This document shows, one piece after another, positions 14,170-27,490 of a DNA stretch of 64,000 nucleotides (positions within the stretch are counted from its first letter, which is position 1; the number at the start of each line of letters is the position of its first letter). Source of the stretch: the human T2T-CHM13v2.0 reference genome, Homo sapiens; NCBI RefSeq assembly GCF_009914755.1, contig NC_060928.1; one strand, given 5' to 3'. Below the pieces are notes generated by a model that did no database searches, had not been told where the DNA came from, and saw nothing but the letters and a program-made list of their open reading frames with translations. The translations under genes and the position numbers were made by a program.

Positions 14170-14820
14170 GTAGTGAAGATGATGGGATGATCACACATCT
14201 ATGCCATCCTCTCCTGAAATCTCAATTAAATAACAGCGAAAGGATTTGTTAAAGGCATATGCTCACAAGGAAGGGAAGAATAGTGGGGATAAAACAGCAA
14301 TAAAACTTAGGAGTCTGAAAAGCAATTGAGTGAGTGGTAAAGGATTTATAGAAAAGGGAATATTAATAGGTAACAGGGGAACTTAGGCATCAGCAAAACC
14401 TAGACTGCAGAGTCCACCAGTGCCTCAGGAGCTGACAACACAGGGTACCTCTGAAGTGGGAGTGAGATGCACCTAAAATGTGGAAGATTGGCTGAAAGTC
14501 TGTTTCAAACGCCATTGACCTCTGGGTTCCTTCTCCCACCACACTCAGCCAGAAGACTGTCCTTCTCCTATCCAACCAAAGATGGGAGGTCTCTGGGGAC
14601 ACTAAAACAGAGGGTGTCTGGCACAATTGAGAATTAAGTGAATGATGTGCACTTTGTAGTGAGGACTCAGCCCTCTTTTTCCAGTGGATTCCCAGAACTC
14701 ACTGGATAGCCAGGGCTTCACCACTCTGCCGGAGTTAGGGAAAGTGCTTTATTGGGAGTCTAACCAGCCTGAGATATAAAACTTACAGATATTAACTTTG
14801 AAGCTTCTCTAATAAATTAC
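14170..14820 (+). mobile_element. Probable ancient L1M 5'-end fragment
   Basis: Resembles recalled old L1 5' ends (taaaggcatatgctcacaagga...cagcaataaaac...gagtggtaa). Confidence 0.4.
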
Positions 14821-14839
14821 CCAGCCTTATTTATCTAAC

Positions 14840-15560
14840 TAATATTTACTGAAAGCCTATGATGTGCCAAGGATTTTTCTAAGTCCAAGGGTTTCAGCAG
14901 AAAAAAATAAAGAAAAAAGAAATTCTTCACTTTGGGAGGCCAATGCAGGAGGATCACTTGAGCCTAGGAGTTCAAGACCAGCCTGGGCAACATAGTGAGA
15001 TGCCACCTCTATAAAAAATAAAAAATTAGCCGGTGTGGTGGCACATGCATTTAGTCCCAGTTACTCAGGAGGGTGAGGTGGGAGAATCACTTGAACCTAA
15101 GAGGTTGAGGCTGCAGTGAGGTGTGATCACACCACTGCACTCCAGCCTGGATGACAGAGTGAGACCTTGTCTCAAAAAAAAGAAAGAAATTCTTTCCCTC
15201 ATGAAGCCTACATTTAAGATGAGTGAAATGGAAAATAAAAGAAGTAAATGAGTAAAATATGTGATATGCTAGATGATAATAATTACTCTGGGAAAAAAAT
15301 AAATTAGGGAAGGCGACAAGAAGTGTCTAGGGATAAGGGAGGGAATTGAACATTTAAATAAGTTGGCCAGAAAACTGCTCCGTGAGAAGGCGATGTTTGA
15401 GCAAAGGGCTGGAGGAGGCGAAGGAATGAGTGTCAAAGCTCACTAGGGAATGGGCCACCTCGCAGAGGGAGCAGCCCGGGCAAGGACTCTAGTGTCTGGG
15501 AGATGCTGAAGGGCCAGAGGCCAGGGTGGCAAGAGAGGAGAGAGTGCAGGGTCAAGGAGG
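14840..15560 (-). mobile_element. L2 fragment interrupted by an Alu
   Basis: aatatttactga...atgtgcca; ccctcatgaagcctaca; gatgtttgagcaaagg. Confidence 0.6.
14928..15182 (+). mobile_element. 5'-truncated AluJ with 12-bp TSD
   Basis: Starts at cactttgggagg; TSD aaagaaattctt at 14916-14927 and 15183-15194. Confidence 0.95.
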
Positions 15561-15588
15561 CCAAAATGAGGGCAAATTGGAGAAGGGA

Positions 15589-16047
15589 TGTGGTGGGCTG
15601 AATAATGACTTCACATTGTAATCCTCAGAACATGGACTGTGTTACCTTACCTAGCAGAAGGGACTTTGCTGATGTGGTTAGGACTTAAGATGGGGAGATT
15701 ATCCTGGACTATCAGTGGGCCAATATAATCACGAGTGTCATTTATAAATGAAAGGAGGAGGCAAGAGATCTAGTGAGAGAAGGAGATGGGAAGGTGGGAA
15801 CCGAGATGGCAAGAGGAGAGATGCCAGGAAGGGGCCAGAAGCTAAAGAATGCGGGCAGCTTCTAGAAGCTAGAAAAGGCAAGGAAACAGATTCTCCCTGA
15901 GGATCCCCCAAGCCAAAAAAGCACAGCTCTGCTGACACCTCGATTTTATGAGTGCTGACCTCCAGAATGGTAAAATAATAAGTATGTGTTGCTTTAAGCC
16001 ACTAAATTTGGGGTAATTTGTTACAGAAGCCATAGGAAACTAATAGA
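15589..16047 (+). mobile_element. MLT1 (MaLR) solo LTR, MLT1D-like
   Basis: tgtggtgggctgaataatg start; gttaccttac; ttctagaagctagaaaaggcaaggaaacagattctccc; ggaaactaata end. Confidence 0.85.
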
Positions 16048-17234
16048 AACTAAAGTAAGAGGGAGGGGAACAGATCCCCTGTTTTGATAAAGTGAGAAAA
16101 TTTTTAAAATTCACCTTATTTTTAATGCAAGTATAAAAATTCCCATCATAAAACTCTTCTGAAGTGTTTATTGTTTTGAATACATAATCCTAAAACATTA
16201 TTTAACATGAAGCAATTTAAGTCTCTTGAGCAAAGCTTTCAAATATTTTCCCCTTTGATATGTAAGAATCTGTTCTCCCCATAAGCATATTATCCAGGCA
16301 TGACTAGATAATTTAAGTAAATATTAATCTATGTTTATCCTTCCAGTGTTTTCCCCTATTTCATGGAGCTGGTCAGGATGGTAGGAGCTCTGCTCTGAGG
16401 GTTTTTTGTAAGTGCTGAGCGGAGGTTGCTAAAGCCCAGGGCTGTAGATCTACTGAGAGGTCATACCTGGGGTTTGGGGAAAGGGTGGGTGGAGGGAGGG
16501 GAAGCTTCAGATGCAGAGGCTTCTGAGGATTCCAACATATAAGAAAGAAACAGATTTTGCATTTTTGGCCCCTTAATGGAGATTCTAACCTGATAGGGAA
16601 TAGAGGCCAGTGCTTTGGGCTGAAGGGAGTTGCTGCTCTGCAGGGGTGGGGAGAGGATTTATCTTCCTAGAGACCCAGAGGGGCTGAGCATGGGGTGATG
16701 CTTGTGGACAGTGTTTTGCAGCCAAAGGATACAGGAGGAGGGTGGACACTAAATGCCTTTATAGGATGTGGAAGGTCTCTGGGGGACCTCCACCTGCCTT
16801 GGTCCCTGGAGCAGACTTGGGAGGAATGCCTCAGAAGTTATCCAGACCAGCAGTGACTGACAGAGAGAGAAGAACTAGTCTTCACCAGCTGCCTCCTGTA
16901 GGGAGAGGAGTGACTTGGAGTCTAGGTCTCTTGCCCATATTGTAGGCCCTATATAAGCTACTGGGGATCTTATACCATTCTAGGAAGGGGAGCTTTTAAC
17001 ACCTGCTACAACTCTGTGTCATTCAGTAGATGCCATGCAGACCAAACTTTGCTTCCAGATAGTTGAGACATTGTGTGATTTAAATGAGGGGAGCAGCAGC
17101 TGGGAAGCTGTCTCTTATTCCTGCCTCAGTCACCAACCAGCTGAGTGACACTGATTAGAGCCTTAATTATAGGGGCCTCATTTCCTCCCCTCTGTCAGGG
17201 GGAAAGACCAAGACATAAGGTTTCAGAATTGCAA

Positions 17235-17547
<313 letters not shown>

Positions 17548-18737
17548 TGAGCTGAGTGGAAGAATTCTGTTATATTCTTTCTCTCCCAACAAACCCAACC
17601 TAAAGCAAAGCAGGTCAAGCCGATAAACAAACAGCAGCAGCAACACAAACAAAAAAGAGATAGGTTAAAGTATCTTTGAAAATTGCAGTGTCATCCAAGA
17701 AATACCACAAAATATGGAGAAAAAAAATCATGTAGGGACAGTTTAGAAAAAATGAGATTCAATAACATAAAGTTGTTACCAAGTCTCATAAAATCCATTG
17801 ATTCATAATACTTCTGATATGCCATAGGTGTCTGAGACGGCAGTGTAGACAGGGTGAACTATTTCAGAGGATACTCTCTTGCATAGGATATGGAGAAAAA
17901 TCTTTCAAGTGGCAAAATTTCATAGCTTGGGAAAATAATTGGCTTTGAGTAGAAAATATGATCCTCTTGTAGAGCCTCAGCTTTGGGCTTCTAGAATTAC
18001 ATCGCTGTCAGTCATTGCTCCAAACTGCCTGAAGACAGTGATTTCACACAGCAAACTTGGACTAGCACATTGGAGCCCAGTGCTCTGGGTGTTAGCAAAA
18101 GCTTTGGTATTCAAATGTTGCTGCCAAGAGATTTCAAGATTATATTAAGAGTTGCAAAAATCTAGAGCTGTGTAGATATTATGCAAAGCACCGTGAAGAA
18201 ATATAACTTAATTTTTTTTGACCAAATGTTGATACTGAAACCATATATATGATGGAATTTGAATTATTCTTTTCTAAGTTAATTACTTCAAGGCTCTAAG
18301 AAGGAATTAAACAGAGCCACCATCACTGGAGCCACCAAGCACTGATGTCTGCTCTTGTTGCCGGGACCTGGGAGTAGCTGGTCTGTTATCTCTGGATTCA
18401 GTCCTGATCTCCCTTTCTAGTCTTGCTGCCCCCAGGTGGCGGTTTCCTCGTCACTCCCCTGCAGACCCATGCCCAGCTCAGTTCCCTATCCCATGCCTTG
18501 TCAGAACTCAAGTCTTCCCATTTTGTAGTGTTATTTGTTCGATTTTGAGGGGCTAGTACAGTCTACAAATGAGAAAGGCCCCACACCCCTGGGATCTTGG
18601 AAGAATGCATTTGCTTAACTGCAGAACAGCTCATTCTCCATGGCTACTCTCTCAGATAACATCCAGAGGCAAATCTTTGCTTCAATTGTAGACTCCTTGA
18701 TTATTGTAATGATACTTTCTTCATTTTACTAGTCAAG

Positions 18738-18850
18738 ACTTAGTAATCAGGATAAATATTTCAATGCAGTATTTTCTTAAATAAAAATTAATACCCCCAA
18801 TGCATGATAAGCAAAATATCAGCATTTTAAATAGAGATGAGGTCAGTATT
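18738..18850 (+). mobile_element. Left arm of a palindromic hAT MITE (MER53/MamRep38-like)
   Basis: Reverse-complementary to 20079-20155 plus 36821-36845. Confidence 0.7.
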
Positions 18851-18897
18851 AGTGTTCTTTCTCTTACCTCTGGCTCTCCTATGGCGTGGCACAACAG

Positions 18898-20076
<1,179 letters not shown>

Positions 20077-20078
20077 CT

Positions 20079-20155
20079 ATCTTTATTTAAAATTTTGAGT
20101 TTTTCATACATTTTCCCACTATTTTTGATATTTTAAAATATCACATTAAAATATT
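20079..20155 (-). mobile_element. Inner part of the right arm of the hAT MITE
   Basis: Inverted copy of ~18755-18838. Confidence 0.65.
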
Positions 20156-23100
20156 TTAATTGACAAAAAATAATTATACATATTTATGGAGTACATGGTG
20201 ATGTTTCAATACATGGAATGTATAGTGATCAGATTAGGATAATAAGCATATCCATCATCTCAAACATTTATAATTTCCTTGGGTTGGGAACATTCAATAT
20301 CCTCCTGCTATCTAATTGAAACTATAAATTACTGTTAGCTATAGTCACCCTATAGTGCTAAAGAGCCCTGGAGTTTATTCCTCCTATCTAGCTGTGATTT
20401 TGTATCCTTTAACAAATCTCTCCCTTTCCCCTACTTCCCCTTTCCTTTTCAGCCTCTAGTATTTTCTGTTCTCCTTTTTACTTCAATGGGATAAATGCTT
20501 TTTAGCTTCCACACATAAGAACAAGTGGTGTTTAACTTTCTGTTCCTGGCTTATTTCACATTACATAATATCTTCCAGTTTCATTTATGTTACTGTGAAT
20601 GACAGGATTTCATTCTTTATGACTGAATAGTATTCCATTGTGTGTATATCCATATTTTCTTTATCTGTTCATCTTATTGGACAACTAGATCGATTCCATA
20701 TCTTGGCTATTGTGAGTAGTTCTGTAACAAACATGGGAGTGCAGATGTCTCTTCAATATAATGATTTCCTTTTCTTTGGATAAATGCCCAATAGTGGGAT
20801 TACTGGATCATATGGTGTTTTTATCTGCAGTTTTTGAGGAACCTTCCCACTGTTTTTCATAGTGACTACACTGGTTTACATTCTTACCAACAGTGCTTAA
20901 GGGATCCCTTTTATTTGCATGCTTGCCAACATTTTTTGTTTTGTCTTTTCAATAATGGCCATCCCAATTAGGGTGAGATGATACCCCATCATGGTTTGAT
21001 TTGCAGTTCCCTGCTAATTAGTGATGACAATCATTTTTTTCATGTATTTGGCTGTTTGTATGTGCTGTTTTGAGAAATGTCTGTTCAGATCATTTACCCA
21101 TTTTCTAATTGCATTGTTTGTGGGTTTTTTGCTGTTGAGATGTTTGAGTCCTTGCATATTTTGGATGTTAATCCCTGTCAGGTGAATAGTTTGAAAATGT
21201 CTTGTCCCATCCTGTAGATTGTTTTTTAATATGTGGATTGTTTCTTTTGCTTTGCCTAAGCTTTTTAGTTTGATATAATTCCATTTGTTTATTTTTGCTT
21301 TGGTTGTCTATGTTTTCCGGTTGTATTCATAAAATCTTTCCCAAATTCAAGTCCTGAAGCATTTCCCCTATGTTTTCTTCTAGGACTTTTATAGGTTTGG
21401 ATCTTACAGTTAGGTCTTTGGTCCAGTTTGAGTTGATTTTGGTATAAGGTTAGAGGTAGGGGGTCTATTTTGATTCTCTGCATATGGATATCCACTTTTC
21501 CCAGCACTATTTATTGAAGAGACTGTCCTTTCCCCAGTGCATGTTCTTGGTGACTTTGTAAAAAATCAGTTGGCTGTAGATATGTGGATTATCTTCTGAG
21601 TTCCCTATTCTGCTCCACTGTTTTATGTATCTTTTTATGCTGTTTTAGTTACTATAGCTTTGCAGTATATTTTGAAGTCTGGTAGTGTCATACCTCCAAC
21701 TTCGTTCTTGTTGCTCAGGATTTCTTTGGCTACTTGGGGTCTTTCATGGTTCCATACAAATTTCAGGATTTTTTTTCTATTTCTGTGAAGAATGTCCTTT
21801 TTATTTTTATAGGGATTTTAATGACTTTATAGATTGGTTAGGATAGTATTGTCATTTTAACAATGACAATACTTTTGATCCGTGAGCATGGGAGGAGGAT
21901 TTTATGTCCTTAGCTAAATTTATTTTTAGTTTTTTTTCTTTTTGCTATTATAAATAGGATTGTCATCTTGATTTCTTTTTCAGCTAACTTGTTCATGTAT
22001 AAAAATACTACTAATTTTTGTATATTAATATTATATTTTGTATATTAATTTTGTGTTCTGCAACTTTATTAAATTTGTCAGTTTTGAGAGTTTTTTGGTC
22101 AAGTCTTTAGGTCTTTCTGTATATAAGATCATGTCATCTACAAACAGGGACAATCTGACTTCCTCCTTTCCCATTGGGATGCCTGTTATTTTGCTTGCTT
22201 AATTGCTCTAGCTAGACTACCCTGTACTATGTTGAAAAAGAGTGGTAAGAGTCAACATCCTGTTTTGTTCCAGTTTTTAAAGGAAAGGCTGAAAGCTTTC
22301 CCTCAATCTGTAAGATATTAGCTGTGGGTTTGTCATTTATGACTTTTATTATTTTGAGGTAGTTTCCTTCTATTCCTAATAAGAGTTTTTTTTTTTTTTT
22401 TATCATGGAGGAAGGTTGAATTTTATCAAAACCTTTTCTGTATCTATTGCATGATCATATGGCTTTGGCCTTCTTTGGATTGATGTGATATGACATTTGT
22501 TGATTTGTATATGTCAAACCGTCCTTGCATTCCTGGGATAAATCCTGCTTGACCATAATGTATTACCTTTTTGATGTGTTGTTAGATTCAATTTGATAGT
22601 ATTTTGTTGAGGATTTTCTCATCTATGTTCATTAGAGATTTTGGTCTGCAGTTTTCTTTTTTTGTTGTGTCCTTGCCTGGTTTTGGTATTAGGATTATGC
22701 TCACCATATAGAATGAGTTAGGAGGAATTCCCTCTGCTCTAATTTTTTGAAATAGTTTGGAAGATTGGTATTAATTCTTCTTTAAAGGATCAGAAGAATT
22801 TAGCTGTGAAGCCATCCAATTCTGAACTTTTCTTTGTTGGAAGACGTTTTATTACTGAGTAAATCTCATTGCTTCTTATAAGTCTGTTCAGGTTCTCTAT
22901 TTCTTCTTGTTTCAATCTTAGTAGGTTATATGTACCTAAGAATTTATTCAGTTCCTCTAGGTTTTCAAGTTTATTGTCATATAGTTGTTCATGTTAGTCT
23001 CTAATGATCATTTGTTTTTATTTTTTCCATCTGGTTTTATTTATTTGAGTCTTAGCTATTTTTTTCTTAGCTAACCTAGGTAATGATTTGTTGATTTTGT

Positions 23101-24529
23101 GTATATTTTCAAAAAACTAACTTTTTGTTTCATTCATCTTTGTTGTTTTTTTAGTCTCAACTTTGTGTATTTTCTGTTATTTTTTTCTCTTGCTTAGTTG
23201 CCCTGGCTAAAATACCCAGTACTATGTTGAATAAGTGTGGTGAGAGTTGACATCCTTGTCTTGTTCCGGTCTTAAAGGAAACATTGAAAGCTTTTCCGTA
23301 AGATATTAGCTATGTGTTTGTCACTTTGATATTAATATTAAGTTAATCTTTAATTTAAACTTTACTATTTCTTTCCTCTACTAATTTGGAGTTTGGTTTG
23401 GTCTTGCTTTCCTAGTCTCTTTTTCCATTGTTAGGTAGGTTGTTTATTTGAAATCTTTCCAGTTTTGATATAGGCTTTTTTGCTGTAAACTTGCCTCTTA
23501 CTACTGCTTTTCCTGTGTCCCATAGGTTTTACTATGTTGTGTTTCTATTTTCTTTTGTTTCAAGGAATTTTTAAATTTCATTCTTAATTTCTTCCATTAC
23601 CCATTGATCATTCAGGAATATGTTGCTTAATTTCATGTATTGGTATAGTTTCAAATGTTACTTTTGTTTTTGATTTTTCATTTTATTCCCTGGTGGTCAG
23701 ATGAAACACTTGATATGATTTTGACTTTTTAAAACTTTTTAAGACTTCTTTTGTGTCCTAACATAATGGTCAGCCTTGGAGAATGTTTCATGTGCTGATG
23801 AAAAGAATGACTGCTCTGCAGCTGTTGGGTGAAATGTTCTGTAAATGTCTGTTAGGTCTATTTCATCTACGGTGCAGTTTAAATCTGATATTTCCTTGTT
23901 CATTTTCCATCTAGCTGATCTATCCAGTGCTGAAAATGGGGTGTTGGAGTCCTCAATTATTATTATATTGAAGTCTATCTCTCCCTGTAGATCTAACAAT
24001 ATTTGTTTTATATATCTGAGTGCGCCAGTGTTTGGTACATATATATTTACAATTGTTATATTCCCTTGCTGAGTTGATTCTGTTATTATTTATGCAATGT
24101 CCTTCTTTGTCTCTTTTTACTGCTTTCAACTTGAAGTCTGTTTTATCTGATATAAGTATAGCTGTTCATGCTCACTTTTGGCTTCAATTTGCATAAAATA
24201 TATTTTTCCATCCTTTCATTTTTCAGTCTATATGTGTCTTTACAGGTGAGGTATGTTTCTTGTAGGCAGCATATTTTTTGGGGGGACATCTTGTATTTTT
24301 ATCCATTCAGCCAGTCTATCTCTTTTAAGTGGGGAATTTAAGCCATTTACATTCAATGTTATTATTGATAGGTGAGGACTTCTGCCATTTTATTGATTGT
24401 GTTCTGGTTGTTTTGTATATTCTTTGCTCCTTTCTCTCTTATTGTTTATTTTTGAGTTGAGTGGTTTTCAGTAGTGACAAGTTTTGATTCCTTTCTCTTT
24501 TTCCTTTATGCATCAGCTCTACCAGGGAG
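20156..24529 (-). mobile_element. Full-length L1MA (L1MA4/5-like): 3'UTR and decayed ORF2
   Basis: L1MA 3' end ttttaattgac...atttatggagtaca; ORF 23739..23999 is an endonuclease remnant (EDSNTPFSALDRS, DLTDIYRTFHP). Confidence 0.92.
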
Positions 24530-24931
24530 TGGTATAGTTTGGATATTTTCCCCACTGAAATCTCTTGTTGAATTTTAATCTCCAGTGTTGAAGGTGGGGT
24601 CTGGTGGGAGGTGTTTGGGTCATGGGGCTAGATCCCTCATGTTTTGGTGATGTCCTTGTAATAGTGAGTACTCACAAGATCTGGTAGTTTAAGTGTATGG
24701 CACTTCCCCTCTACTCTCTGGGTTGCTCCTGCTTTTGCCATGTGATGTGCCTGCTCCCTCTTGACCTTCTACCATTATTGACAGCTCTCTGAGGCTTCAT
24801 CAGAAGCTGAGCAGATGCCAGCATCATGCCTCCTGTAAAGTCTGCAGAACTGTGAGGCAATTAAACCTCTTTTCTTTATAAATTACTGTCTCAGGTATTT
24901 CTTTATAGAAATGCAAGAATGGCTTAACACA
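24530..24931 (+). mobile_element. MST (MSTB-like) MaLR 5' LTR
   Basis: tggtatagtttggata...gcaagaatggcttaacaca; paralogous to 33403-33803; 5-bp TSD gggag/gggaa. Confidence 0.9.
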
Positions 24932-24962
24932 GAAAATTGGTACCAGGGGTGGGACATTGCTG

Positions 24963-25371
24963 TGTCAGGTCTCTGAGCCCAAGCTAAGCCATCATAACCC
25001 CTGTGACCTGCACGTATACATCCAGAGGGCCTGGAGCAACTGAAGAACCACAAAAGATGACATTCCACCATTGTGATTTGTTCCTGCCCCACCCCAACTA
25101 ATCAATCGATCTTGTGACATTCCTCCCCTGGAAAATGAGTCTCATGATCTCCCCATCCTGCACCTTATGACTCCTGTGGCTGCCTGCAAGAGATAACCAC
25201 CTTCAACTGTAATTTTCCACTATCTACCCAAATCCTATAAAAAGTGCCCCACCCCATCTCCCTTTGCTGACTCCTTTTTTGTACTCAGCCCACCTGCACC
25301 TAGGTGATTAAAAAGCTTTATTACTTGCACAAAGCCTGTCTGGTGGTCTCTTCACACGGACTCATGTGACA
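24963..25371 (+). mobile_element. HERV-H 5' LTR (LTR7 family, LTR7C-like)
   Basis: tgtcagg...gtgaca termini; TATA cctataaaa ~25234; ATTAAA 25307-25312; followed by the PBS. Confidence 0.95.
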
Positions 25372-25373
25372 TT

Positions 25374-25392
25374 TGGTGCTGGAGACCCAGGA
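25374..25392 (+). promoter_or_regulatory. Primer binding site, closer to tRNA-Phe than tRNA-His
   Basis: tggtgctggagacccagga compared with Phe TGGTGCCGAAACCCGGGA and His TGGTGCCGTGACTCGGAT. Confidence 0.65.
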
Positions 25393-25507
25393 CAGGGAGA
25401 CTCCTTCAGGAGACTGGTCCCCTGTCCTCGCCTCTCTTTGTGAGGAGATCCACCTACAATGTCAGGTCCTCAGACTAGCCTAAGGAACATCTCTCCAATT
25501 TTAAATT

Positions 25508-25515
25508 GGGTAAGC
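25508..25515 (+). promoter_or_regulatory. HERV-H major splice donor
   Basis: ttttaaattgg/gtaagc at the usual leader position ~140 bp after the LTR. Confidence 0.65.
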
Positions 25516-25783
25516 AGCCTTTTTTATTCTCTTCTCCAACCTTTCTCGCTATCCTTCCACCCTTCAATCTCTCCCTTCCTTAATTTTGGTTCCTTTCCCT
25601 TTCTGGTAGAGACAGAGGAGACGCGTTTTATCTGTGAACTCAAAACTCCGGTGCTGGTCATGGACTCGGGAAGCCAGTCTTCCCTTGGTGTCTAATCACT
25701 GCAGGGATGCCTGCCTGATTATTCACCCACATTCCAGGTGTGTCTGATCACCGCAGGGACCCCTGCCTTGATCCTTCACCTTT

Positions 25784-25871
25784 GTGGCAAGTACTACCTC
25801 CCCTGGGTGGCAAGTACCACCTCCCCTTGGTGGCAAGTACCACCTCCTGTGGGTGGCAAGTACCACCTCCC
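25784..25871 (+). repeat. 4 x 23-bp tandem repeat in the proviral leader
   Basis: gtggcaagtac(c/t)acctcc units start at 25784, 25807, 25830 and 25853. Confidence 0.95.
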
Positions 25872-25919
25872 TCCCTCCGTGTCTCTACCCTATCTTTTCT
25901 CTAAACTTACCTTTTTACT

Positions 25920-27173
25920 ATGGGCAACCTTCCGCCCTCCATTCCTCCATCTTCTCCCTTAGCCTGTGTTCCAAAAAACTTAAAACCTCTTCAACTCTCA
26001 CCTGACCTAAAACCTAAGCCTCTTATTATCTTCTGCAATACCACTTGGCCCCAATACAAACTCGGCAGTGGCTCTAAATGGCCAGAAAATGACACTTTCA
26101 ATTCCTCCATCCTACAAGATCTAGATAATTTTTGTCGTAAAATGGGCAAATGGCCTGAGGTGCCTGATGTCCAGGCATTCTTTTACACATTGGTCCCTCC
26201 CTAGTATCTGCTCCCAATGTGACTCATCCCAAATCTTTCTTCATTCTCCTTTCTCTCCTGTCTGTCCCTTCAGTCTCCACCCCAAGCTCTGAGTCCTTTG
26301 AATCCTCCTTTTCTACAGACCTATCTGACCTCTCCCCTCCTCCTCAGGCTGCTCCTCGCCAGGCCGAGCCAAGTCCCAATTCTTCCTCAGCCTCCACTCC
26401 CCCACCCTATAATCCTTCTATCACCTCCCATCCTCACACCCAGTCCAGCTTACAGTTTTGCTCCGCGACTAGCCCTCCCAACAATCTCCTCTTGGAGAGG
26501 TGGCTGGAGCTGAAGGCATAGTCAAGGTTAAGGCTCCTTTTCTTTATCCACCCTGTCCCAGATCAGTTAGTGTTTGGGCTAGTTTTCATCAAATATAAAA
26601 ACCCAGCCCAGTTCATGGCCCATTTGGCAACAACCCTTAGACGCTTTACTGCCCTAGCCCCAGAGGGGCCAGAAGGCTGTCTTATTCTCAATATGCATTT
26701 TATTACCAATCTGCTCCTGACATTAGAAAAAGCTCCAAAAATTAGATTCCAGCCCTCAAACCCCACAACAGGATTTAATTAACCTCGCCTTCAAGGTGTA
26801 CAATAATAGAGAAGAGGCAGTCAAGCAACAACGTATTTCTGAGTTGCAATTACTTGCCTCCGCTGTGAGAGAAACCCCAGCCACATCTCCAGCACACAAG
26901 AACTTCAAAATGCCTAAACTGCAGCAGCCAGGCATTCCTCCAGGACCTCCTCCCTCAGGATCTTGCTTCAAGTGCTGGAAATCTGGCCACTGGGCCAAGA
27001 AATGCCCGCAGCCCAGGATTCCTCCTAAGCCATGTCCCATCTTTGTGGGACCCCACTGGAAATCGGACTATTCAACTTGCCCAGCAGCCACTCCCAGAGC
27101 CCCTGGAACTCTGGCCCAAGGCTCTTGGACTGACTCCTTTCCAGATCTTCTCACCTTAGCGGGTGAAGACTGA
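25920..27173 (+). pseudogene. gag: HERV-H gag, disrupted; MA, late domain and NC recognisable, CA largely deleted
   Basis: MGNLPPSIP..WPQYKL..KWPENDTFN..DLDNFCRKMGKWPEVPDVQAFF (MA); PPPY ~26400; CFKCWKSGHWAKKC zinc knuckle plus a degenerate second knuckle. Confidence 0.9.
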
Positions 27174-27490
27174 CACTGCCCAATTGCATTGGAAACCTCC
27201 TGGACCATCACAGATGCTTTGGGTAACTTTTACAGTGGAGGGTAAGTCTCTCCCCTTCTTAATCAATATGGAGGCTACCCACTCCACATTACCTTCTTTT
27301 CAAGGGCCTGTTTCCCTTGCCTCCATAACTGTTGCAGGTATTGACGGCCAGGCTGCTAGACCCCTTAAAACTCCCTCACTCTGGTGCCAACTTGGACAAC
27401 ATTCTTTTATGCACTTTTTCAGTTTTCCCCACCTGCCCAGTTCCCTTATTAGGTTGAGACATTTTAACTAAATTATCTGCTTCCATGACT
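27174..27490 (+). pseudogene. pro: HERV-H protease, inactive
   Basis: TVEGKSLPFLINMEATHSTL; the catalytic DTG position reads NME (27265-27273). Confidence 0.8.

Noticed and set aside
25784-25871. CRISPR-like array of hairpin repeats
   Set aside because: Units are head-to-tail with no unique spacers, there are no cas genes, and the array lies in a retroviral leader
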